Below are positions 1 through 11,274 of a DNA stretch of 64,000 bases, piece by piece. Every line of letters starts with the position of its first letter. Position 1 is the stretch's first letter. The translations under genes were made by a program, and so were the position numbers. Below the pieces are notes generated by a model. The model searched no databases. It saw nothing but the letters and a program-made list of their open reading frames with translations, and had not been told where the DNA came from. The stretch covers positions 192,495 to 256,494 of the forward strand of contig NMRA01000584.1 of NCBI GenBank assembly GCA_002633005.1. The letters run 5' to 3'. The DNA is from Phoronis australis (Eukaryota > Animalia > Phoronida).

Positions 1-226
1 GCTGGTATGTCCGGCCAGTGTGGTGCTGTGCAAGGAATATTTGCACATGGCCATTGTACCAAGAATGCACTTTTCGCGCTTCGAATTTCTGTATTCACTG
101 ATGGGCGATCTATTTTAGCGGCGGCCGACCAGCTGAGAGAATCAAGAAAATGTTCATCATTTCAAGTCACATTGAAATCATTCTTTACCCCTTTTTTATT
201 TCCTTCTACTCATCCCGCCGAACCAG

Positions 227-266
227 TATAACACAAAGTCTGCCCATCCAAGAGAGGGGCAAGATG
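227..266 (+). CDS. Small internal exon (YNTKSAHPREGQD) of an unidentified gene starting upstream of the window
   Basis: Long pyrimidine tract plus ccag acceptor; G|gtctgt donor; phase 1 end fits the next exon; possible upstream donor ctg|gtatgt at 4/5. Confidence 0.45.
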
Positions 267-678
267 GTCTGTCTGTAAACCACTGGCGTAAGGGTTTAGT
301 TTAATGACTGTGTGTATCTACATGCAGGTCCTAACGTGGTGATCGGTGTTCACAGGTTCTTAAACAGTGATTGCACTTGCTTTTAATGTTTTGCTAACTA
401 TGTGGGAGAAGTGAATTAATGTTCTTACCTAGTTGTTGCTCAGTGGGCCAGCTAGCCTCTGGGTTTAAAGATAAAAATGTTTTTTGTCACAGTCATTTTT
501 TGTGGTAAATTGTGACGTCGTCAATGTGGTTACAAGTTTTAAATTTTGATGTCTGTCAACACATGTAATGGTTTGTTGATTGCTTTGTCCTGGTGTTGTT
601 TAAACGCAGGAACCTCATTCGATGGTGGTGTATCAGTAGATAAAGGTCTGATCAGTCATCTATGTTTTTGTTTTTCAG

Positions 679-731
679 CATCAACGTTTAATCCACTCAC
701 AGGTGAAGACTACCCTGGTGCACCTCCTCAG
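679..731 (+). CDS. Penultimate exon (ASTFNPLTGEDYPGAPPQ) of the unidentified gene, weakly Jupiter/HN1-like
   Basis: tttttgtttttcag acceptor, CAG|gtaggt donor, open frame with an NPxTG motif. Confidence 0.6.
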
Positions 732-837
732 GTAGGTGATACTGATGTGAAAAGAATGTTATTTTAAAGGGGAATGGGCACCTTACATGCATATGGTTAT
801 GTAGGACCTTACAAACAAGCCTGTCTGTATATCCATG

Positions 838-1685
838 TAGATTATTACATGGAGAAATCATCCCCCGTTATTTAGAGCCCGGGTGGATTTTGGAGAATTA
901 TCACCCGAGGGGCGTTCGCCCAGAGGGTGATAATTCTACAAAATCCACCAGGGCTCTAGATAAGGGGGATAGCGACTGAGAACATGTAATAATCTATTTA
1001 TACCACATACTGAACGAGAAACACTGCAATGAATCGGTCTACCTTTCTCGACTCGCCTCGGCTTTGTAACTACTCTATGTCATAGGCCCGCTGTCGGAGG
1101 TCGTGACCTTTTAAGAAAAGCTGAGCTATTTTTGTCAGATAATGCTTTTACTCAAAAGCAATTGAAAATTTAAACAAAATAGAAATAAAGTGAATCTATA
1201 AGTTAAGGTTTAGCAACTATTATAGCTTACTACACACGCTAAGCTTCGTCCGGGAAAATATCGTCTGCTAAAGTAGGTTACCACTAGTAACTGAGTGTAA
1301 TGCTCAAGTCGAAGGATCCCGATGACACGATACCCGCATTCAGTTCAAATTGGAAATCGGTGATTTACAAGTGAGAGAACACGAGAGAAAAAATTTCACG
1401 GAATTAAGATATGGAAATTATGCCTCTTATTTTTCATAGCGTATAAATGTCAGTACAATGCCCTTTACTGAACATGCGATTGTTGTGCGTGCTCATTTAA
1501 GTATTCTATTTTCACGTTCGATGACGTCAGCCGCTGAGTGGTATAGTGGTAAAGTCGGCAACTCGAAACTTTGGAGGCCCGGGTTCGAATTTCGAAACCG
1601 GCCTCGGTTTTCCGCTAGTGAGATAACTAAATGGGTTATTACACAGTTGTATCTGCCACTTGACGCTAATATTGTGGTATAAATA
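838..1685. mobile_element. Non-autonomous element with a ~160-bp terminal hairpin, short inverted repeats and an internal tRNA-like unit (possibly Crypton-related)
   Basis: Imperfect palindrome 838-996; ATTTATACCACA (996-1007) inverted to TGTGGTATAAAT (1673-1684). Confidence 0.55.
1530..1611 (+). pseudogene. tRNA-like Pol III unit (tRNA pseudogene or SINE head)
   Basis: A box TGGTATAGTGG 1539-1549, B box GGTTCGAATTT 1582-1592, short T-run after; acceptor and anticodon stems pair poorly. Confidence 0.55.
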
Positions 1686-1797
1686 TAATTATCTACAAAA
1701 CTCCGGGAAGTATTGTTTTATGAAAATACAAGCTTGTAGAATTTGATGTTTGCTTGTATACCAATATTTGCCAGTAATTTGGTTGCGTGACCACACA

Positions 1798-2881
1798 TTT
1801 CATGCACCCACATATTTTTGTGTGGGTGCATTGTGCCATCACCTTTGTCCCTTGATGTATGTACATGAAATTTTGGTGATGTTTTCCTATCATAGATGGG
1901 CGGCATGAGCAAATTTTTTAACAAATCTGATTACCGGTGTACTTCTATTAGCAATTTTAGTTTTTTTTTTTACGCTTGCCTTGAGTCTGTGTCTGGATTT
2001 TCATGAAATTTGGCTAAAGGTATATATGAGGAAGATGACGCTACCTTCACGTTTTTGTATGTTCCTTCTGAATAGAGGACAGCTCACGATTAAAGTGGCT
2101 TCTCCTAGTGGGAGTTGTGCATTTTTTGCATCCATGGCTTAACTCCTAAACCCTCTGAAGGATATTTGTTACTGTTGGCAAATGTATTTACACGAAAAGG
2201 TGACAACAGTTGACTACGACTTTCAGACAGATCCAACTATTGTTGTGCCTCCTAGTGGCAATTTTATTTTTTTCTGTTTCCTCTGGAGATCCTGGATGGA
2301 TTTTTGTGAACTTTAGCAAATAGATTTCTTTAAATGTGGCGATGTTACCTTTTTATTTTCAGATGTATTTGACATAGTGCACGCCTACTAGTGGCAGTTT
2401 TTCATTGTGTTTAATCTGTTTTTTGCGTATGTCTCACTATTAGCCAAATGACTCTAAGAATCATTAAGAAAATTGGTGAATGTTTTCCTATTGGGAAGAG
2501 AGCATTGTTGACGATTTTTGTACTGTTTTTATTACTGTGGCGCCCCGTAGTGGCAGTTTGATTTTTTCACATCTGCATCCGCTTCTCCCTGCAAGATCTT
2601 TGTGAAGTTTGGCAAGTGTAATGTGACAACAGATGACGACGTTTCAGCGTATCTGACATTACCACTGTGCCCGCCTGTTTCAATTTTTTTACGGTCTTGG
2701 CAGTTGTGTTCCTATTGAGGAGTGCATTGCTGACTTGCTATGCACCCCTTACAAGCTAGAGATGTTTACTAGCATTGCTCCATGTAGTAAGAATGTTTAA
2801 AATAGTTGTAATTGTCCCTTGTATCTGCACTATATGCGATGCATGCAGTGGGTGGATATCAATACTCCACGTTGCTCTTGT
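1798..2881 (+). mobile_element. HINE-like (non-autonomous Helentron) family 1, copy A
   Basis: 5' ATGCACCCACA..TGTGGGTGCAT stem-loop; ~135-160 bp diverged internal monomers with CTAGTGGC; 3' subTIR GTGGGTGGAT, hairpin and CTCTTGT. Confidence 0.75.
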
Positions 2882-3683
2882 CAGTAAAATTTAGTGGAAA
2901 GGAAAGGTTTTGTTAAAAAGCAACAGCAGTAATAATTTGGCCAATTTTCATTATTTTGGTATCAATGTCTTTGACGAAATCTCAAAAATGCTGTTATAAG
3001 TTATTTGTTTTCGTTCTGTGCAACTTGAGTTTTTATGAAATTCATGCAGAAGTGGAACATTATAATAATTTCCAAAAGCATTTGGTGAACAGTGCATAAT
3101 GCACAGTATCTCATATGAATCCAATTGGCTATTTCTGCCTTATTACAGTAAGTTCCGAAGTTAGCCAAATTTCGCTTCCAATGATTATGTAAAATATGAA
3201 CAGTCCCTTGTGATGGAAGCAAGCATGCTTCCCTGAACTTGTGTGTTGCAATCTGAAAGGGGGAATGGTGAATGTTATTTTCAGCAAATACTGTTAAGAG
3301 AGAGTTAGCTGCAAGCCTAAATACTCACACTGTATTGAGTTCTATTTCTGACTGGTTACCTTGTTTTGGTCTGGTTTTAGATATCAGGTTTCCGCTATAG
3401 ATCCTGAATGTATTTTAAGAGAAAGTTGTGATTTATTTTTGGTGATGAGCGTGGGAATTAGCTGATGAATATGACGGATGATGCCAGGGTAGTTAGATTA
3501 TTTCAACTAAAAAGCCTAGCAGTAAGTATTTCAAGAGTAACTGTTCTCTAAGAGCTCCAATAACTTTATTCATTGCATAGCTGTAATGTAAACTGTATCA
3601 TGAGGCCTAGATATAATAAACATTTCTGTTTGTATTTAATTGGGTAAAAATACAAATTTAATCATGTCCCTTTTACTCCACAG

Positions 3684-3740
3684 GACCAAAAAACAGGCCG
3701 TCGTACCAATAACCAGGCACGTGATACGCGACCTTGGTAG
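3684..3740 (+). CDS. Terminal coding exon (DQKTGRRTNNQARDTRPW*) of the unidentified gene
   Basis: ccttttactccacag acceptor, in phase with exon 679-731, TAG stop, AT-rich 3'UTR with AATAAA near 4424. Confidence 0.55.
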   Translation, partial: DQKTGRRTNNQARDTRPW

Positions 3741-5224
3741 AGGGCAGCACACGATGAGTTCACTGTGATCTGAGTTCATAAGTCCGCAAGAATCAGGGCG
3801 GGCTGCTATCGGTTTCTTTTGTATTATAATTTAACACTGGCCCAAACACCGCATATAAGCAAGTCATTGTTCATGAAGTCCCTGTGTGGAGATTGTCTCT
3901 GAGTGTGGAAGCCTTGTACGAGTGATGACTTACCTGAATGAGACAGAGAGAATATTGCTGCATCTGTTTATTATTAGAAATTTGTTTATTCATTTAAATG
4001 AATGTTTTGATATGAAATGGTGCTTGAAGTGGAGTGGGGGATGTTCACTGATCACTGTCTACCTTTCTTTAGGCTCCTCTGAAATGAGCATTTTTGTACA
4101 GAAATGTTTGTTTGATCAATTGCATTATAGGTGTATATAGTAGGTAAGCACTGCAATTGAAGAGTAATTTAATTTACAAATAATTGCATCGTTTCTGGTA
4201 TCCATTTTGTTGTTCGTATTAAGTTTGAAGTGAGTTTATATTTAGTGCAGTGTGCATCCTGTTAGTTTTTCTCTATTAACAAATAGCAACACAAATTATG
4301 AGAAACCGTTTCCCTACATTCCCAGTAATCTGAACATTTTCAATTAGAAAGGTTATCATCTTACCTGGCCTTAACATGTCATTAATTGAACTTCACCTGT
4401 TTGCATTTTTATCTTGGTTCTTTAATAAATTTTGGATTGGAGATGTGTTTACTGACTTCACTGATGTTATGCTATTGACTGCTCAGGCTAGTTACACCTG
4501 TACAGTGTAGTTGAAGCATGTTGCAAAGAACCTGGTCTGTTTCGTAGACCCAAGGCAATAGTTGTGCGCTTGCGGGAAGAAATATATATATATGAATTCT
4601 ATCATACATTACATGGATTTCTACATCTGGTACTGAACCTCCTCACTATTTTGCACCTGAAGCTTCTGGACCTGACTTAAAACTGCTCAGCAATAATCAT
4701 TCATACTGTGTTCACAGGCAAAAATAGTTATATTAATGGATAGTTGCATGTAGTGCAATAAACTGACTGAATCTGACTCTAGGCATCCACTGCAGGATGT
4801 AGCCTTCCTACAATGCCTTCCAATTTGTTCTGTCTCTTGCTGCTCTCCTCCATGTTGTGCCTCTCGTCATACTTGGTATGAAACGCTTTTTGAAAAATTA
4901 CACATTTTCACAAATTAATGATCTCATATAAATGTGTTGAATACAAAAAGTAATGGCTGCCAAAACTTGTGTTCAAATCTCCCAAGTCAGTTCGGCTATT
5001 GCTGGGTTCAAAGCACCTCAAAATTAAGTTAACTTCAGCTGCTTGACTGATAAGAGGGTCAAATATCTTCACTTAGAGTGCTACAAGCAACACAAAGATA
5101 CAAGCTGTCTGGACTTGCTGGACGTACAAGTCGATACAAGGGGTATTCAATGTAATTAACAAATTTATGCCGTGCATAATTCAACATTCCGGTCTCGCCA
5201 AAAACTTGAACTCATTGCCGCCAT

Positions 5225-5376
5225 TTTGTAATGCACCCACCTGTGTGTGGACACATTTTGCCGTCACCCCATTCGCTGTATCTCCAAAACTGACGTATGC
5301 TCATGAAATTTTCATTAATGGGATGGCATGATCGAGCTTTTGGTCGGATCCTACTACCGGTGTGCCCCCTAGAGGG
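5225..5376 (+). mobile_element. HINE family 1, 5' fragment
   Basis: ATGCACCCAC..GTGGACACAT head and one monomer ending CCGGTGTGCCCCCTAGAGG, similar to the start of copy B. Confidence 0.6.
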
Positions 5377-6479
5377 CCCACTCCGCCATCTTGTCATTCG
5401 CCGCAATAGCGGTCGAAATTTCGTCAAAAGCTCTCGGCAAGCCTTTGGGATTTTAACGAAATTTCCAAGAGGTTTTCCTCATGTCATAAACAGTGAGACT
5501 CGTCAGGATTCTCTATTTCTGGAACCTTAAGAAACGTAAAAATGACACTAGTTCAGGTGTTTTCGTGGATGAATTTTTGCAATTTATTGCCCTGCAAAAG
5601 GCGCCCTTCCCCATTATTCTCGTTGCTGCTACGGGTGACGCCGTGCGCAGTGTCAAAAATGGGGAGTTTCCGATTGTGGAAGGGAACGAAGGACTCCTCG
5701 AAGAAAAAGTTCGATAAAGGGAATAATTGTTTTAGTTGGGACATCGACGACCTCCTAAGTTGTCCCTCGATCTGTGCGCAAAACGTGTTTTAGTCAGTGT
5801 GTGGCATAATTTGCCGAAAAACTTCCGGCGTACATGTAGGAAGCACCCGCCCTGTCAAAGTCATGTCAACTAGAGACAGTGGTCACTGTCTAGTGTTGTT
5901 ACAGATAGGCTGTGTGGCAAGATGCTTTTCACGCGTTCACTGTTAGAAACTTGAGATACGTAGGCTTTGTTCATTGTATGAGGAGTAATTTGCTTTTCAG
6001 GCAGACCTGGATGTTTTGCAAGACAGCTTGCGCTGGAGTCACTGTTTTATTTTCCTAGTACCACCCAGGCCGGAACCTTTTCTTCGGTTATTGCAACTCA
6101 CCAGAGACACCACTGAGTAACCCGAGTATGGATTGAACCGTTCTGGTCATATTTAAAATAATGTTTTGCCACACCGAAGGAAGAACTACAGTTGTATAGG
6201 AACACTGTTTGGTGTATGCTGATTAAGTCACTTTGTCACACTTTCCCCGTGTGTGGGTGGGAGCAGGTTGTCACCGACTGGTGCTAATAGCTTTCGGTGC
6301 GACGATAGGCTGAAGGCTGGTTCGACTGAGTTAATCACTTAATTACATGTAATCTCGACCGTACTTTCATAAGCCTACTCAAACAAAACGTCCGACGTAA
6401 TGTCATCTATGCTCCAGCCAGTGCTGCGAAGCCTTGATTTGTGATGAACTTCTGAGACACTTTCTGCAATTAACTGTTA

Positions 6480-8421
6480 CATTACGGCGTTTTCCCGTTG
6501 CTCCCAACTTGTTCTATTCTATAGCCCAACAAGAAGTTGGGAAGATGGCCAATGTAGCCTATATCTTTCACGACTGATTAACTCCATTCTGGAATTTATG
6601 TTTGGAGGGCCATCTCTCTTTTGTTCGATAACTGCTTTAATCTCCAATAAGATCGTATCTAGCCTGCAAGACTGGGTTGTGCTGTTAAAAATCAAAGTTA
6701 AGTTATAACATATTTGAACAAAAACCAATAGCATGTCTGAATTCCTCGTCCGATCATGTTTAATTTTTATGCGCCCACATATTTATATGTGGACACATTA
6801 TGCCGTCATCTCTGTCCGTCCGGGCGGCGTCCGTCCTGCGTCCGCTGCTTTATCTCCAAAACCCTGTGACATACGTTCATGAAATTTGGCACATATGTTC
6901 CATTCATGAATGGGACGGCATGGGCGAACTTTCGGAGGGATCCGACTACCGGTGTGCCCCCTAGTGGCAATTTTATTTTATTTGTACGTTTACCTTTGTA
7001 TCTTCAAAAGTCGTTAACGGATTTTCATGAAATTTAACATGTAGGCACCCCTCTATCTACCAAACCGCTCAAAGGATGATTGTGAAAATTGGCGTGTATG
7101 TGCTTACTATAAGGAAGACAGCTGACAATGATTTTCAGACGATTTGGACTACTGTGGCGCCTCCTAGTGGCAGTTTTGTTTGTTTTTTTTTTGCGCCTAT
7201 GGCTGTATCTCCTAAACCGTTCGCAGGATCTTTACGAAATTTAATAAGTGTATTTATATTATGTTAACAACAGACGATGACGAATTTTGGACGGATCCGC
7301 CTACCAGTGTGCCCCCTAGTGGCAATTTTATTTTTTTACGTTTACCTCTGTATCTTCACAAGTCCTTAACGGATTTTCATTAAATTTGCTATGTAGGCAC
7401 CTACATGTATTAGTGCGATGACGCTATCCTCCCGTTTTCGGATGGATTCGACGTAGTTTGCGACACGCACTGGCCATTTTTACTGTTTTTGAGTCTGTTT
7501 TTTGGCGTCCACCCCTCTGTCAACCAAACCGCTATAAGTATGATTGTGAAAATTGGCATGTATGTTCTTACTATGAAGGGGACGTTTGACGCTGAATTTC
7601 CCATGACTTTGATTACTGTGGCGCCTCCTAGTGGCAGTTTTTTTTGCGCCCATGGCTGTATCTCCAAAACCGTATCTTTACTAAATGTAGCAAGTGTATC
7701 TATGTGATGTTGACAACGGACGATGACGACTTTAGGATGATTCTGACTACCGGTATGCCTCTAGTGGCAATTTTAGTATTATACATTGACCTCTGTATTT
7801 TCATAGGTCTTCAGGTGTATACTTTGTCAGTGTTACTTCGTGACTATGAAGGAAAAGTTCCAAGTAGAAATTTGTTTCTGGCATTCTAATGCTGTGCTAA
7901 TCTCGTATGTTGGTAAATTTGTTTTTAATTCTATGTTTCTGTGGTGCTTTAAGCAACTGGTGTATAGGATGTGCTTGTATTATGAAGATCACTCACATTT
8001 TGCCACTAGCCTGTTGAGGAGACAATGACCATGCCTTTCCATTTTGCAAAGTACAACATACTACATATATGACCTCTACTGGCCACTTTATGATATCAAT
8101 AAACAACCCTAGAAGGATACCGTATGCTGTGCATTTGTGGGCGCATTTCAACGCTCTGCGTTGCTCTTGTTTAATCGCCAAAATCGCCCATCTACAGCCG
8201 AATTGTTACGACAATCTTCTTTCTGAAAACGCCCTAATGTACCGGTACGTGGGTTTGACTGTTCACACCTTTCTGTAATGAGCGGGGTAGATAATTGGCC
8301 TGCCTGTTGTCAAACCACACACAAGACTGTGCTTGGCAGTTAGCAAAGGAGCTAAATGTTATCACACGCTCACAACCGCTCTGTGTCTGGTTAAGTCACT
8401 GAACGAGAGAACGCCGCCACT
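6480..8421. mobile_element. MITE with ~20-bp TIRs, interrupted by HINE copy B
   Basis: Left end CATTACGGCGTTTTCCCGTT, right end AACGAGAGAACGCCG; both halves match the copy at 56552-57322. Confidence 0.7.
6764..8171 (+). mobile_element. HINE family 1, copy B (both ends present)
   Basis: 5' ATGCGCCCACAT stem-loop, GTCC microsatellite, tandem monomers; 3' subTIR GTGGGCGCAT, CAACGC-TCT-GCGTTG hairpin and CTCTTGTT; sits in a T-run with no TSD. Confidence 0.8.
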
Positions 8422-8516
8422 ACGCGGTAAACTCGCTGATTTAATAACCCGTTGTCTTTGTAGCTGGCTGTCTATTGACTATCGCTGTAAGTTTCTGACT
8501 CTCTTCAGTGCAACTC

Positions 8517-8885
8517 TGTGATTTTCTTTCAAATTTTAACTCCTTAACTCTGACTGCCCCAAACCCGCACCTGTATAATTGTAGTTTCATGCAGTGTTCT
8601 GGAACGTTCACCAATTCAAGCACATTCTAAAACTTTCCGAAATCTACCCAATCCTTTTACCAACTTGACATATACTAGGCGCTAGAATGTTCCAGATTCC
8701 AGATTACATTAATCACTTACATGCTAGAGTCTTCTAGAATGTTCCACACTAGTCTTTGGTAAACTAATTATAAATCATCACTGTATTGACCTCAGGGGTC
8801 TTGCCAATCAACAACTATCTGCTAGAACACAAACAGAACAATAGAACAAAATAAAACTACGAGTAGTGTCAATCCACTCCTGACA
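8517..8885 (-). repeat. Probable 3' LTR of the adjacent Gypsy element
   Basis: TG...CA termini; directly downstream of RNase H on the - strand, preceded by a degenerate purine-rich tract; no partner LTR seen. Confidence 0.5.
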
Positions 8886-10310
8886 ACACACACACCTCTA
8901 CTAAAGAGAAAATAGCTATAATTTTCTAACACATAATCATCTGGCACAGAATCTGCTTCTGTGTCCTTCTCTAAAGTGCTCCCTGACTTGCAGGCTCTGC
9001 TAGTTGTCTTAAGTAGTCTACACCGACCTAAGATTCCCCTCGACATGGAATGTATAATTCTGCAGCGCGCTATTGCCCAACGCATAACTCTGGGGCTTTC
9101 AATCTTACAAGGCTGAATATTGGCTTGTGGTCTGTCTGCACCACGAATTCCTTCCCGTAGAGATAAAATTGGAAACGCTAAACGAGAAACACTATCGCCA
9201 AACACTCCTTCTCTTCTGTGAACGGTAATGCCGCCCGCTCAAGCTTCCGGCTGGCGTTCGCAATAGGGATTATCCCATCGTCAAACTCTGGTAGTATGAC
9301 TACCCCTAAGCCATCGTTTGATCCGTCCTGACGATGAATCTCTGGGTGAAATCTGGTACTCGTAGGATTGGACAAGTGCTAATATCGGTTCACACGACTT
9401 TCTTTGGCTGGCCCTTCTTCAGAAAATCAGTCAACGGTGTGACTATCCGTATAGTTTGGCACAAACGTTCGGTAGTAGTCAGCCATAGGAATGACCGTGC
9501 TTAAGTCGTGGTAGATGGCGTTGGGTGCATCCTGGATCTTCATTAGTTTTTTATCGTCCATAGCTAACTGGTTCGTCCCAACCTGATGCCCAAGGAACTC
9601 CACCTCTTGATATCCAATGCTGCACGTCGATGGTTTTACTGTAAAGCCTGTTTGTTTTACTCTCTGAAACAAGTCTCCGACTGTACGGACACATCATCCT
9701 ATTGAACGTGGCCGTTGAGTTCACCAAACCAAGTGCATTTTGCGGAACTGGTAATAGCCTCCTGGAGTCACAAATGCTGTTTTCTCTTTGCTGGCCTCAT
9801 ACATGGGAATTTGCTAGAAGCCCTTCGTGAAGTCAATCTTCGAGACAAAACGTTGATCATGCAGAATCGCCATAATAGCTTCAGGGTTTACCCATGGACT
9901 CGTCAAATTTGGTCACCAACACTACAGGAGAGCTGTAAGCTGAAATGGATGGTTCAGTGATGATCATATTCAACATCACCTGCACTTCTTTTTTCACTAG
10001 GTCCTCAGCTGTGGTGTAGGGCATCTGACGTGGTCTCACTCTCACAGGTTGTTCTGTCGTCAACTCGATGACGTGGCTGGCCAAATCGGTCTCTCCAGGC
10101 TGATTAGTGAAGATACCACGGTAATCATGTAGGAGTTGTAGTGCCTGTTCGCGGCATTCTGACGACATGGAATCACACAGCTTAACCTCCTTGGAGGTTT
10201 CCCTGTGAACCTGGAGCCGAAGCTTTAAACCGCCTCTATTAAGAAGAGTCGCTTCGTCAGTCTCACACTCTTTAATTAACACCGCGCAGATCACTTCATC
10301 CATAATCTGA
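8886..10310 (-). mobile_element. Decayed Ty3/Gypsy (Gmr1-like) pol fragment: RT + RNase H
   Basis: Frameshifted motifs PGETDL..HVIEL..PVR, YSSPVVLV, EVEFLGHQVG, YYRTFVPNY, PIANASRKL, EKECLAIVF and terminal VGVDYL. Confidence 0.85.
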
Positions 10311-10329
10311 ATCTATCGGCACCGGTGTT

Positions 10330-11200
10330 TTTTCCCACAGTTGCAAAACAGTTTGTGAATAGCTCTGATATTCAAAGTCAAGACGTTCTTGCTACCTTTA
10401 AGCAACTGGCTTCTTTACTATAGCGTTGCCAAATACCGAGGTCCCCACATTATGCGGAGACGTCCTGGCGTACCAAGCTTTCATAATGTTGTTTGAAGCT
10501 CTCATAGCAAGCATAGTAACTTCTTGTTCTCACCTGCTCTTTTACTTGGACCAGCACTTGACAGCTGAACCCGAAGATCTTATCGATGGTTGTTTATGTA
10601 AGGAATCTTACACAGGGTATGCCACTGCTAGGCAACTACTTCAGTCAGAGTATGGTGACCATTATCGCGTAGCTGCTGCGTACACTGAACGGCGTAGAAC
10701 TTGGCCCACAATAAAACAAGACTATGGGCAAGGCTTTAAACGGCTGTGCTGTTTCCTACAAAAATGCCGCCATGCCATGAAAGGTAAACCGCACTTAAAG
10801 GTTTTGGATCATCCTCAAAAAATACAGACAGTCGTAATACACTAGATATGCACGACAAATGGGGAGACAGGGTAGCTGCGTTGCGGACCTCATGTACTGT
10901 TCCAACTTTCAGCGATTTGGTGGTGTTCATTCAACGTAGGTCGCAATGGACGAGGCACACATACAGAGAACCACCCAAAGAAGACAGCCGTGGAGAAAAA
11001 ACAACGAGCATCTTTGTTACGAAATCCGACGTGAGTTCTAATCTCTCGTGGTTGCTCTCTCTGCAGACAGTCTCATAGCCTTGAGGATTGCAAGACATTG
11101 CTTCAGAAGTCACTATTAGAGAGAAAGAATTTCGTGAAGGATCAGAATTTGTGCTATAGATACCTTGGCAGACTCAAAGACAAATGCGCCATGCTATGAA
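10330..11200 (+). mobile_element. Decayed Bel/Pao LTR retrotransposon gag fragment (DUF1759-like)
   Basis: LP..EVP..GD...Y..F, LFYLDQH, GY..ARQLL..EYGD, WPTIK motifs; degenerate zinc-knuckle region near 11050-11190. Confidence 0.8.
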
Positions 11201-11274
11201 CAGTCCCACTAAATAAGATTGGTCCTAACCCCGCTCGTCAAGGTAAGGCGGTGGGGTATGGAAAATTGAACTAG

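Noticed and set aside
1530-1611. Functional tRNA gene
   Set aside because: A and B boxes are present, but I cannot form proper acceptor and anticodon stems
3440-3500. Intronic C/D-box snoRNA (TGATGA...CTGA)
   Set aside because: No properly spaced terminal D box or terminal stem
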